NCBI GenBank assembly: GCA_041645555.1
Contig: JBAZPX010000001.1
Location: 22,505-86,504 of the forward strand
DNA: 64,000 nt
Source of the DNA: Patescibacteria group bacterium
Lineage (GTDB): Bacteria; Patescibacteriota; Patescibacteriia; Patescibacteriales; JAQTRU01
Direction: 5' to 3'
Under the pieces are notes generated by a model. It worked only from the letters and a program-made list of their open reading frames with translations. It did not search any database and was not told the DNA's origin. Each line of letters opens with the position of its first letter. The stretch's first letter is position 1. This document shows, piece after piece, positions 8,191 to 16,761 of this stretch. The translations under genes were made by a program, and so were the position numbers.

Positions 8191-11058
8191 ATGGCGATTA
8201 AGCAATCCACCTCTGCTAAAGCTACGGTGGACAAGAAAAACAAGAAGGCGAGAAAGCCCCACGCCTCCTCCTCCGTCAAGACTACGGAGGACAAGAAGGC
8301 TTTGCGGGGCAAGCACGAAAACAAGTTGCCTAAGCGGATAAAAAAAATAAAATCCGAAGGGTTGGTTAAGGCGGCAAAAAAAGTTGATAAGGAAACCCTT
8401 CGGCAAGCTTCCGCCGACGCTAAAGCTTTGGCGGACAAGCAGGGTGAAAAAGGAAAAGGGTTAAAAGAAGAAATAAAGAAGCCTGTTTCTGCCATGCCGG
8501 AGAAAGAAAGTAAAAAGGATAAAGAGCAGCCAGGCAAAGAAGTGGCCGAGGTAGCGGAGAAAGAAGGAGAGAAAACCATAAAATCCCAGGTCGTGGACGG
8601 CCGCAAAAAAACTGAATATGGCATGGTCATACCCCAGTCAATTGTGGGAGAAATGAGTACCTGCTATCTGGATTATGCCATGAGTGTAATTGTAAGCCGG
8701 GCTTTGCCCGATGTCCGAGACGGTTTAAAGCCGGTCCATCGGCGAATCCTTTATGCGATGTGGAGTATTGGGTTGAAAGCCGGGGCTAAATTTAGAAAGT
8801 CAGCGACCGTCGTCGGTGAAGTTTTAGGCAAATACCATCCGCATGGCGATTCTGCGGTTTACGAATCCATGGTTCGTATGGCTCAGGATTTTTCAATGCG
8901 GTATCAATTAGTCAGGGGACAGGGAAACTTTGGTTCTATGGATGGCGATGGTGCCGCGGCCATGCGTTATACCGAAGCTAAATTATCTTCAATCGCCGAA
9001 GAGCTTATTTTTGATATTGATAGAAATACTGTTGATTTTATTCCTAATTATGACGGGTCGCAAAAAGAACCAACCGTCCTGCCCGCAAAACTTCCTAATT
9101 TATTGTTAAACGGCGTAATGGGGATAGCGGTCGGTATGGCGACAAATATTCCTCCGCATAATTTAAAAGAATTGGTTGACGCCATAACTTATTTGATTGA
9201 CAAGCCGGCCGCCACCGTAGAAGATTTGATGCAGTTTGTTAAAGGGCCGGATTTTCCGACCGGCGGGATTATTTATAATAATAAAGATATTTTACAGGCC
9301 TATGCGACCGGCAAGGCCGGAATCGTTATGCGGGGCCGGGCCGAAATTACTGAAACTAAAGGTGGCAATTTCCATATTATCATTACGGAAATTCCTTATC
9401 AGGTGAATAAAGCCACTTTAGTGGAAAAAATCGCCGATTTAGTAAAAGACAAAAAGATTGAAGGCATAAAAGATCTGCGGGACGAATCGGATAAGGACGG
9501 CGTGAGAGTTGTGGTTGAGCTTAAAAAGGACGCTTATCCGAAGAAAATTTTAAACAGCTTATATAAGCATACTCAGCTGCAGGAAACTTTTCATGTCAAC
9601 ATGCTGGCTCTGGTAGACGGCATCCAGCCGAAGGTTTTAACTTTAAAAATGATTTTGGAAGAATATATCAAGCACCGGGAAGAAGTGGTAAGGCGCCGGA
9701 CCCAGTTTGATTTAGATCGGGCTCGCGCGCGCGCCCATATTTTAGAAGGCTTGATGATCGCTTTGAATAATATTGACGCGGTCATAAAAACGATTAAAGC
9801 TTCCCGCGACAAAGAAGTAGCCAAAGTGAGTTTAATGAAGAGGTTTAAACTTTCCGAACTGCAGGCCATTGCCATCCTAGAAATGAAATTGCAGAGTCTG
9901 GCTAATTTAGAGAGATTAAAAATAGAAGAAGAATTAAAAGAAAAGAGGAAACTTATAAAAGATTTAGAAGAAATTCTTAAATCCCAGGCAAAGATAAGAG
10001 GAATTATCAAAAATGAAATTAAAGATTTAGCGGATAAGTTCGGTGATGAGCGCAAAACTCAGATTGTGGCCCATGGCGTAAAAGATTTTAGCATAGAAGA
10101 TTTAGTGCCGAACGAGGAAACTATGGTTACGATGACCCGGGACGGCTATATAAAACGCCTGACCCCGGATACTTTTAAAGTCCAGGCGAGAGGCGGCAAG
10201 GGCGTAATCGGCTTAACGACCAAAGAAGAAGATACGGTTGAATTTATGTTTACCACCTTTACCCATAGCGACATTTTATTTTTCACTACCCGCGGAAGAG
10301 TGTTTCAGCTTAAAGCTCATGAAATTCCGCAGGCCTCCCGTACGGCCAAAGGCACGCCGGTTGTAAACTTTTTGCAGCTTTTGGGCGAGGAAAAAATAAC
10401 TTCGGTCCTGCCTTTGGATAAAATTTCTAACAGCAAGTTTTTATTCTTTGCGACGGAAAGAGGGTTAGTTAAGAAAGTAAAATTGGAAGCTTTTGCTAAT
10501 GTCCGCCGGTCGGGTTTAATTGCCATTAAGATAAAAGGGGAAGATAAATTAATCTGGGCCAAGCCAACCGGCGGCAATGACCATATCCAATTAATTACGG
10601 CCGGCGGGCAATCGGTGCGTTTTCAAGAATCCGATGTCCGCGATATGGGCCGCAATGCCGCTGGGGTGCGGGGGATCCGGCTCAAGAAAGATGATATTTT
10701 GATTGGTATGGGAATTATCAAGGGCGACAAAGAGAAGATGAAAAAATATCAGGTCTTAACCATAATGGAGCAGGGTTTTGGCAAACGGACAGCCTTAGGA
10801 TTTTATAAAGTTCAGGGCCGGGGCGGATCAGGAATTAAGACCGCCAAGGTGACAAGCAAGACCGGCAAGCTGGTTAACGCTTTTATAGTTAATACCGAAT
10901 CTATGGAAGAAAAAGATTTAATTGTGATTTCGGAGAAGGGGCAGGTGATAAGGCTGCCTTTCAAATCCGTTAACCAATTAGGCCGGGATACGCAAGGCGT
11001 AAGGCTGATGCGGTTTAAAGAGCAAAGTGATAAAGTGGCTTGCGTAACTTGGGTGTAA
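8191..11058 (+). CDS. gyrA: DNA gyrase subunit A with ~150-aa lysine-rich N-terminal extension
   Basis: Motifs [42 protein letters not shown] (catalytic Tyr) and C-terminal beta-pinwheel repeats. The conserved core begins near aa 155, so a downstream start (about 8650) cannot be excluded. Confidence 0.9.
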   Translation: MAIKQSTSAKATVDKKNKKARKPHASSSVKTTEDKKALRGKHENKLPKRIKKIKSEGLVKAAKKVDKETLRQASADAKALADKQGEKGKGLKEEIKKPVSAMPEKESKKDKEQPGKEVAEVAEKEGEKTIKSQVVDGRKKTEYGMVIPQSIVGEMSTCYLDYAMSVIVSRALPDVRDGLKPVHRRILYAMWSIGLKAGAKFRKSATVVGEVLGKYHPHGDSAVYESMVRMAQDFSMRYQLVRGQGNFGSMDGDGAAAMRYTEAKLSSIAEELIFDIDRNTVDFIPNYDGSQKEPTVLPAKLPNLLLNGVMGIAVGMATNIPPHNLKELVDAITYLIDKPAATVEDLMQFVKGPDFPTGGIIYNNKDILQAYATGKAGIVMRGRAEITETKGGNFHIIITEIPYQVNKATLVEKIADLVKDKKIEGIKDLRDESDKDGVRVVVELKKDAYPKKILNSLYKHTQLQETFHVNMLALVDGIQPKVLTLKMILEEYIKHREEVVRRRTQFDLDRARARAHILEGLMIALNNIDAVIKTIKASRDKEVAKVSLMKRFKLSELQAIAILEMKLQSLANLERLKIEEELKEKRKLIKDLEEILKSQAKIRGIIKNEIKDLADKFGDERKTQIVAHGVKDFSIEDLVPNEETMVTMTRDGYIKRLTPDTFKVQARGGKGVIGLTTKEEDTVEFMFTTFTHSDILFFTTRGRVFQLKAHEIPQASRTAKGTPVVNFLQLLGEEKITSVLPLDKISNSKFLFFATERGLVKKVKLEAFANVRRSGLIAIKIKGEDKLIWAKPTGGNDHIQLITAGGQSVRFQESDVRDMGRNAAGVRGIRLKKDDILIGMGIIKGDKEKMKKYQVLTIMEQGFGKRTALGFYKVQGRGGSGIKTAKVTSKTGKLVNAFIVNTESMEEKDLIVISEKGQVIRLPFKSVNQLGRDTQGVRLMRFKEQSDKVACVTWV

Positions 11059-11138
11059 TATCGGATATCAGATTTTGGACTTCGGACTTTATTTTTTAAC
11101 ATTTAACATAATTAGGATAACTAACAAGGAGGTTCAGA

Positions 11139-11681
11139 ATGAAAACAACGATGGTTATGTTGTTAGCGGCCATTTTTATGGTCTTGGGAGTTTTCCCCGC
11201 TTCTAGCGACGTAAGCATTATTGTTTGGGCCGATCTTTCAAAGATAAAAACTGTATCCGAAAATAGTGTTTATTCGGAGGAAGTTATTTTTGAAGACGGG
11301 AAAGCGGTTTGGCAAGGGTATGGCAAGTTCTATTTTGCCTTCTATAATGAGAAGGCTCTAAAAGATTTAGTCCAAGACGATTCAACCAAAGTTTTTCTCG
11401 CTCCTTACGGAGAGGGAGTTGTACCTTCTTTTGGTAATCTGTACATTGTTTTAAAGAATATTTTCGGGAGCGTCGGAACCGAGACTTACGGCCTTGAGGC
11501 CGAGACTTTTTACGTCTGGCCGGTTAAGTTTCCGGCCCCGTTAATTAGATTGAAAGATTCAGACGGAGCGGTTAGCTACAAAGGCATCGCGCCTTTCGGG
11601 GACGGCGCGATAGAAACAATGAAGGCAAGCGGCCGGCGGATAACGAAGAATTTCTTTGCGTCTTTAAAAATGCGGAAATAA
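11139..11681 (+). CDS. hypothetical secreted protein
   Basis: AAGGAGG RBS at 11126-11132, an N-terminal signal-like hydrophobic segment and a downstream terminator. Confidence 0.6.
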   Translation: MKTTMVMLLAAIFMVLGVFPASSDVSIIVWADLSKIKTVSENSVYSEEVIFEDGKAVWQGYGKFYFAFYNEKALKDLVQDDSTKVFLAPYGEGVVPSFGNLYIVLKNIFGSVGTETYGLEAETFYVWPVKFPAPLIRLKDSDGAVSYKGIAPFGDGAIETMKASGRRITKNFFASLKMRK

Positions 11682-11694
11682 AAAGAGCTTTTTT

Positions 11695-11730
11695 GAAAAG
11701 AACTGTTCGAGGGCAGTTCTTTTTTATTTT
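11695..11730 (+). terminator. intrinsic terminator
   Basis: aagaactg / cagttctt stem followed by TTTTTATTTT. Confidence 0.65.
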
Positions 11731-11862
11731 GGGAGTTGTTGATAAATATATTGAAATATGCTACATTATTGCATCAATGCTCGTTAATAATATTCTTTAT
11801 TTTATATAGAAGAGTTATTCATTAATTCCTCTTCTTATATTTTCCCTTCCAAGGAGGGTGTC

Positions 11863-12516
11863 ATGAAGGCAGCCAAATTTCCGTCCATCATCGTTGTTAT
11901 CATCGCGGTTTTTTTCACGGCGACCGTTCAGCCGGAAAGTCTGAACGCCCAAGCGGAAAGTCTGAACGTGGTGATCAAGGGCCTGAACTCGGACGAGACC
12001 TATCTGGTCACGTCGGTACTCAAATCCCACAAACTTCCCATTTCCACCCCCGTGGTGATCGAAAAGAGAGTAATAAGGGCTGATTGGAACGGCAAGCAAA
12101 AAGAATTCGATTTGATCAAGGTGACTATTCAGACGAAAGTTGGAAAATTCGTCGGTAATGTGGATAGCAGGAACTATCCGCAAATTCCGGGCGAGGAGTA
12201 TTACGGGCTTCTCCAGTTGGCCTTGACGTACGCCTGCGTGGGTCCGGAAAGGGCTCGGCTTGAGGCGAAACTGGACGCCGTTTTTTCCAAGATCAGTGAA
12301 AAGGTGGCCAGAGAAGCAAAAGATCGGGGCTATTCCGTTGTTTTTCAGAAGCGGAACTGTGGAACCGCGGAAGTTATGTTCACAGTCAACGGGATTTGGT
12401 GTAAGGTTGACTATTGGCCGGAAGGTAATAAACCCCCCGCTTACTCCATGGTCCGGAACAATACAATAGAACCTGTGGCTGGATTGGATGCCATTTTCGC
12501 ATCCATCCCGAAATAG
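11863..12516 (+). CDS. hypothetical secreted protein, compositionally GC-richer than its neighbours
   Basis: AAGGAGGG RBS directly upstream, signal-like N-terminus (MKAAKFPSIIVVIIAVFFTATVQP) and a strong terminator downstream. The longer antisense ORF 11815-12555 is rejected. Confidence 0.6.
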   Translation: MKAAKFPSIIVVIIAVFFTATVQPESLNAQAESLNVVIKGLNSDETYLVTSVLKSHKLPISTPVVIEKRVIRADWNGKQKEFDLIKVTIQTKVGKFVGNVDSRNYPQIPGEEYYGLLQLALTYACVGPERARLEAKLDAVFSKISEKVAREAKDRGYSVVFQKRNCGTAEVMFTVNGIWCKVDYWPEGNKPPAYSMVRNNTIEPVAGLDAIFASIPK

Positions 12517-12537
12517 CTTGAATAAATCAAGCGACCC

Positions 12538-12582
12538 CCCGGAGAGTCCTCTCAAAAAGGATACTCTCCGGGTGTTTTTTTA
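12538..12582 (+). terminator. intrinsic terminator
   Basis: ccggagagt / actctccgg stem followed by GTGTTTTTTT. Confidence 0.7.
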
Positions 12583-12653
12583 TCCAAAATAGAAATAAAT
12601 TTCTAACAAGGTAAACCCTTGCGAAAGCCAGGTAATATTGATAAGATAAAAAC

Positions 12654-13754
12654 ATGCCAAGCCAATTAGCGACATTCTTATTAATAATTTTGATTCTCGG
12701 GGTAATCGCTATTATCCTTCTTTTACTGCGTAAAAAAACCGAAAACGGGGACGGAGAGAAACTCGTGACGATGATGGAAAAATTGTCGCAACTAGCTGAA
12801 CAGAACAAAGAATTGCGCCAAACAATGGACAGCAAATTATCGGAAACTCACCGGGCAACGCAGGAGCAGTTCGGCCAAGCTACGAAAATTATTCAGGGTA
12901 TCACCGGCCAGTCAGCCAAGCAAATCGCCGATGTCGTGGCGGGGCTTACAAAACTCGAAGAAACCAACAAGCAAGTGGTTAATTTTTCCGCGCAACTCCA
13001 AAATTTGCAGGATATTTTAAAAAATCCCAAACAGCGGGGAATTTTAGGCGAGTATTATCTTGAAACGCTTTTAAAGAATGTTTTGCCTCCGGGAAGCTAT
13101 CAAATGCAATATAAGTTTAAAAATGGAGACATAGTCGACGCGGTAGTTTTTGTCAAAGATAAAATTATTCCCATTGATTCTAAATTTTCTTTAGAAAATT
13201 ATAATCGCCTGGTGGAAGAAAAGAATGAAACCGAAAGAGCGCGACTGGAAAAGATATTCGTTAATGATTTAAAAATGCGCATTAAGGAAACGGCAAAATA
13301 TATAAAGCCGGGAGAAAAAACCATGGATTTCGCTTTCATGTTTATTCCGCACGAATCAATTTATTATGATTTATTGGTAAATAAAGTTGGCATGCTCCAT
13401 GACGAAGATACCAATAGTTTAATCCAGCGGGCCGCTGGGGAATATAAAGTAATTATTGTGTCGCCTACGTCATTTTTGGCTTATTTGCAAACCGTCATGC
13501 AGGGGCTTCGCGCTATGAAAATCGAAGAAAGCGCCCAAGAAATCAGGAAGGGAGTGGAAAAATTGGGCCGGCATTTGTACGGCTACGATGAATATTTTAA
13601 AAAGGTTGGTTCCAGCCTTTCAACCACCGTAAGCCACTATAATAACGCCCATAAACAGTTTAATTTAATTGACAAGGATGTGGCAAAAATAACTGGCGGA
13701 GAAGAAAAAATTGAGCCGATGATTTTAGACAAGCCAAAATCCGAAGAATTATAA
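12654..13754 (+). CDS. rmuC: DNA recombination protein RmuC
   Basis: N-terminal TM segment, coiled coil, then the RmuC-type core (RGILGEYYLETLL...DAVVF...IPIDSKFSLENY...FMFIPHESIYY). Confidence 0.85.
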   Translation: MPSQLATFLLIILILGVIAIILLLLRKKTENGDGEKLVTMMEKLSQLAEQNKELRQTMDSKLSETHRATQEQFGQATKIIQGITGQSAKQIADVVAGLTKLEETNKQVVNFSAQLQNLQDILKNPKQRGILGEYYLETLLKNVLPPGSYQMQYKFKNGDIVDAVVFVKDKIIPIDSKFSLENYNRLVEEKNETERARLEKIFVNDLKMRIKETAKYIKPGEKTMDFAFMFIPHESIYYDLLVNKVGMLHDEDTNSLIQRAAGEYKVIIVSPTSFLAYLQTVMQGLRAMKIEESAQEIRKGVEKLGRHLYGYDEYFKKVGSSLSTTVSHYNNAHKQFNLIDKDVAKITGGEEKIEPMILDKPKSEEL

Positions 13755-13765
13755 ATTGCAAAAAC

Positions 13766-14719
13766 ATGGAACCCAGAGAGATTAAAACTGAAAAAAATGC
13801 GGCGGAGGCAATTGTGGAGACAATTGCTTTTTTTGACTTATTCTCTTACCCCCTAACCGCTTTTGAGATTTGGAAATATATAAATATAAAATCCGAACTG
13901 GGCGAAGTTTTGGAAGTTTTAGAAAAACCCGCCTCTGTCCCGCTCGGCGGGACTACGGCGGGCAAGGACGGATTTTATTTTTTAGCTGGCCGGGCAGAGA
14001 TTATGAGGGAAAGAATGGCGAGATATAATTATACGGATAAAAAATTTAATCGGGCAATTTTACTCTCCAGAATTTTTAAATTTATTCCCTGGATAAAAAT
14101 GGTCGCGGTTGGGAATATCATCGGAGCGCATAACTTAAAAAAAGAAAGCGATATAGATCTGTTTATTATCACGGAGAAAAACCGGATTTGGCTAACCAGA
14201 TTTTTTTGCGTGCTAATAACAAAAACATTGGGGTTGCGTCCGAAACCCGAAGAAGCCAGGGATAAAATTTGCTTAAGTTTTTTTATTAGCGAGGAAGCGA
14301 TGAATTTAGAAAAGTTGATGCTGGCCGGCGGGCGAGATACATATTTTATTTATTGGCTGGCGGGGTTAGTACCGATTTATGACAAGGACGATATTTATAA
14401 TAAGTTTATAAAAGCCAACGTCTGGCTTAAAAATTATTTGCCTAATTGGATGGCCGGAGAAGTTAATTACCGGCGGGATGCCGGAAAAAGTTTTTCCCGG
14501 TTTTACCGCGATGTGGTTGATATGTTTTTCGGCGGGCTGGAAAGAAGAATTAAAGAAATTCAATTGGAAATAATGCCGAGACAAATAAAAGACATTATGA
14601 ATATGGACAGCCGGGTGGTGGTTGATGACAGAACAATAAAACTTCATGTTAATGACAGGAGAGAGGAATACGAAAATAAATTCAGAATTAAGAATAAAGA
14701 ATTAAGAATTAATTTATGA
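13766..14719 (+). CDS. hypothetical protein, possible Pol-beta-superfamily nucleotidyltransferase fold
   Basis: VGNIIGAHNLKKESDIDLFII resembles the G[GS]x9-13DhDh NTase motif. The 3' end carries a heptamer tract (agaatta/agaataa x4 at 14684-14711). Confidence 0.4.
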   Translation: MEPREIKTEKNAAEAIVETIAFFDLFSYPLTAFEIWKYINIKSELGEVLEVLEKPASVPLGGTTAGKDGFYFLAGRAEIMRERMARYNYTDKKFNRAILLSRIFKFIPWIKMVAVGNIIGAHNLKKESDIDLFIITEKNRIWLTRFFCVLITKTLGLRPKPEEARDKICLSFFISEEAMNLEKLMLAGGRDTYFIYWLAGLVPIYDKDDIYNKFIKANVWLKNYLPNWMAGEVNYRRDAGKSFSRFYRDVVDMFFGGLERRIKEIQLEIMPRQIKDIMNMDSRVVVDDRTIKLHVNDRREEYENKFRIKNKELRINL

Positions 14720-16119
14720 AAGTTGTAAGTAAAATCATAGAATATGGTCTGTATTTGTTGGTTTTTTTGCTGCCCTGGCAGACGCGCTGGATTATTAGGG
14801 CCGGGGAGACGGAATATACGACCTATAGTTTGTATGGAACAGATATAATTTTACTTATAGTTTTGTTATTGTTTGTTGTTCTGAAATGTCAAATGTCAAA
14901 TGTCAAATGTCAAACAAAATCCCAAATCCAAAATCCCAATTTTCAAATCAAAAAATTTTGGTACTTTGTGGGGTTGGTTGACTTATTTGTTTTTATTTCC
15001 ATATTTTTCGCGAATGATAAGTGGTTGGCTCTATATAAATACGGCTGGTTTTTGCTGGGAGTAGGGTTATTTTGGCTGATGACGAGCGCGAACTATAATA
15101 AGATAAAACTGATTTGGGCTTTGTTGGCGGGAATTTTTTTGCAGGCCGGTCTTGGTATCTGGCAATTTTTATCCCAATCAAGCTTTGCCAGTAAGTGGTT
15201 GGGAATGGCGCTCCATAATCCGGCTGAACTCGGTGTTTCGGTCGTGGAAACTTTTGGGAATAATGGAATAGGAGAAAGATGGCTTAGGACTTATGGGGGA
15301 CTGGATCATCCGAATATGCTGGGAGGAATTTTGGCGATAGGTGTTTTGCTTTTGATTGGATATCTGATCAAAAAATTTTCAATTTTCAATTTTCAATTTT
15401 CAAACAATTCTAAAATTTTCAATTTTCAAACAAATGCTAAATTATTGTATTATTTTATTATTTTATTATTTTTGTTAGCGTTGTTTTTTACTTTTTCCCG
15501 CGGAGCGTGGGCTGGGCTGTTGGCTGGAATATTTTTGTTATTATTTATATTTTTAATTAAAAAAGATTTTTTGAAGCAGAGGGAATTATTAAAGATAATT
15601 TTAGTCGGGGGAATTTTGATTTTTTTCTTGTTTAGCTTTTACGGCAATTTAGTTTTGACGCGCTTATCGCAAGACACTAGGCTGGAAATAAAATCAACCG
15701 AAGAAAGAATGGCGTCTTTTTCTGAAGCCAAGATTATTATAAAAGATAATTGGCTTTTTGGAACAGGAATCGGCAATTATACTTTAGCTTTGGAAAAAAA
15801 TAATCCCGGTCAAGAAAAATGGAATTATCAGCCGGTTCATAATGTGTTTATATTAGTCTGGGCGGAAGTGGGATTCTTGGGACTTTTAGGATTCTTGGGA
15901 CTTTTAGGATTCTTGGGATGGAGTTTGATGAGGAAGAAAAAATATTTTGGGTTGTCTATTCTTATCTCTTTAGTTATAATGATGATGGTTGACCATTGGT
16001 ATTGGAGTCTGCATTTCGGGATTTTATGGTTCTGGCTCTTGGCCGGACTGATGCTGACTAATACTGACCAAGGCGGACTCGGGCGGACTGACGCGGACTC
16101 TGGGCCTATTGCAAATTAA
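14716..16119 (+). CDS. O-antigen ligase / Wzy_C-family polytopic membrane protein
   Basis: Multiple TM segments and the FTFSRGAWAGLLAG Wzy_C-type loop motif. ATGA overlap with the upstream gene. Contains several in-frame simple-repeat tracts. Confidence 0.75.
   Translation: MKVVSKIIEYGLYLLVFLLPWQTRWIIRAGETEYTTYSLYGTDIILLIVLLLFVVLKCQMSNVKCQTKSQIQNPNFQIKKFWYFVGLVDLFVFISIFFANDKWLALYKYGWFLLGVGLFWLMTSANYNKIKLIWALLAGIFLQAGLGIWQFLSQSSFASKWLGMALHNPAELGVSVVETFGNNGIGERWLRTYGGLDHPNMLGGILAIGVLLLIGYLIKKFSIFNFQFSNNSKIFNFQTNAKLLYYFIILLFLLALFFTFSRGAWAGLLAGIFLLLFIFLIKKDFLKQRELLKIILVGGILIFFLFSFYGNLVLTRLSQDTRLEIKSTEERMASFSEAKIIIKDNWLFGTGIGNYTLALEKNNPGQEKWNYQPVHNVFILVWAEVGFLGLLGFLGLLGFLGWSLMRKKKYFGLSILISLVIMMMVDHWYWSLHFGILWFWLLAGLMLTNTDQGGLGRTDADSGPIAN
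14884..14950. repeat. heptamer tract (aaatgtc x4) followed by aaatccc/aaatcca words, inside the ligase ORF
   Basis: Read directly; encodes KCQMSNVKCQTKSQIQNPNFQ. Confidence 0.9.
15374..15430. repeat. heptamer tract (aattttc x4, then x2), inside the ligase ORF
   Basis: Read directly; encodes FSIFNFQFSNNSKIFNFQ. Confidence 0.9.
15871..15918. repeat. 18-nt tandem repeat ggattcttgggactttta x2.7 (GFLGLL x3)
   Basis: Read directly. The word gggattcttggga recurs at 21343-21355, with the variant gggattcttagga at 43746-43758. Confidence 0.9.
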
Positions 16120-16144
16120 ATAGGAATATTATAATATAAAATAA

Positions 16145-16439
16145 ATCGCACCTTATAGTGAGCCAGTCGGAGAGAAAACAAGAGTGATTCCCTTATGAAG
16201 CATCGGCGAGCGTCTTTAGCATCGCCTAAAAGCCGTGATGCGATCTCGGTCTTCTAATACGAGAAAATGGGGAACAGCCCAAACCAGTTAATATTCTGGG
16301 GTCGTAGGGTCCTTGGCTTTAGAGTTAAAAGTCGGGAGTGATCCCGGCCTCTACAGGGAGACCCTGAGTAGGAGACTTCGGTCTCTGAATTTGCCACGTT
16401 AAAGTGGTAAGGCTAAACGAGACTGGCTCTCTTGTTTTT
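16145..16439 (+). ncRNA. candidate structured non-coding RNA, class not recognised
   Basis: Lies in a 640-nt gene-free gap. TTGCAA-N15-TATAAT at 16109-16135. Closing helix 16160-16168 / 16421-16429. GUGA-capped hairpin 16331-16348, UUCG-capped hairpin 16371-16386 and hairpin 16394-16407. A terminator follows directly. The tetraloops only make sense on the plus strand. Confidence 0.45.
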
Positions 16440-16470
16440 GAGGCGTTCTGCTTGCGGAACGCCTCTTTTA
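16440..16470 (+). terminator. intrinsic terminator after the ncRNA candidate
   Basis: gaggcgttc / gaacgcctc stem followed by TTTTA. Confidence 0.55.
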
Positions 16471-16516
16471 ATTGTATTCTTGGTATAAGAGGGATTAGAG
16501 CGGACTGCACCACTTT

Positions 16517-16693
16517 GTCATTGCGAGGAAGGAGCCGGGGCGACTGACGAAGCAATCTCGGGTTAGCTGAAAAAACAAGATAATTAAGAATAAGCTATTT
16601 GTTAAAATTAATGTTGATAATAAGTGTTTAATTAAATTAAATGTTACACTTTTAAACCAGAGATTGCTTCGTCGTGCGACTCCTCGCAATGAC
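16517..16693. repeat. inverted pair of 'gtcattgcgagga...cgaagcaatctc' elements flanking ~100 bp of AT-rich DNA
   Basis: Left copy 16517-16559 and right copy (reverse complement) 16660-16693. A third copy lies at 31411-31463. Confidence 0.8.
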
Positions 16694-16761
16694 AGGAGGA
16701 AAGGGATTTCTCACATAATATAAATAGTATAATAGAATCTCAATAATCTTAATAAGAATTT

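Noticed and set aside
11815-12555. 246-aa minus-strand ORF, longer than the overlapping plus-strand ORF
   Set aside because: The plus-strand ORF has an AAGGAGGG RBS, a signal peptide and a plus-orientation terminator. The minus ORF has none of these and would run through that terminator.
16145-16439. Assignment of the structured RNA as RNase P RNA, tmRNA, SRP RNA, 6S RNA or a known riboswitch
   Set aside because: None of the hallmark strings I know was found on either strand. These include GGAAAGUCC / ACAGAA..GGCUUA, a GGGG 5' end with T-arm plus CCA, the GGAAGCAGCC-type helix 8, and the T-box, TPP and B12 boxes. A possible tag-like frame (ASASVFSIA-stop at 16200-16229) lacks any tRNA-like domain. 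The RNA is kept only as an unclassified candidate.
16325-16689. Minus-strand ORFs 16325-16555 and 16495-16689
   Set aside because: They overlap the structured-RNA candidate, its terminator and the inverted repeat pair. They translate repeat sequence and have no start signals.
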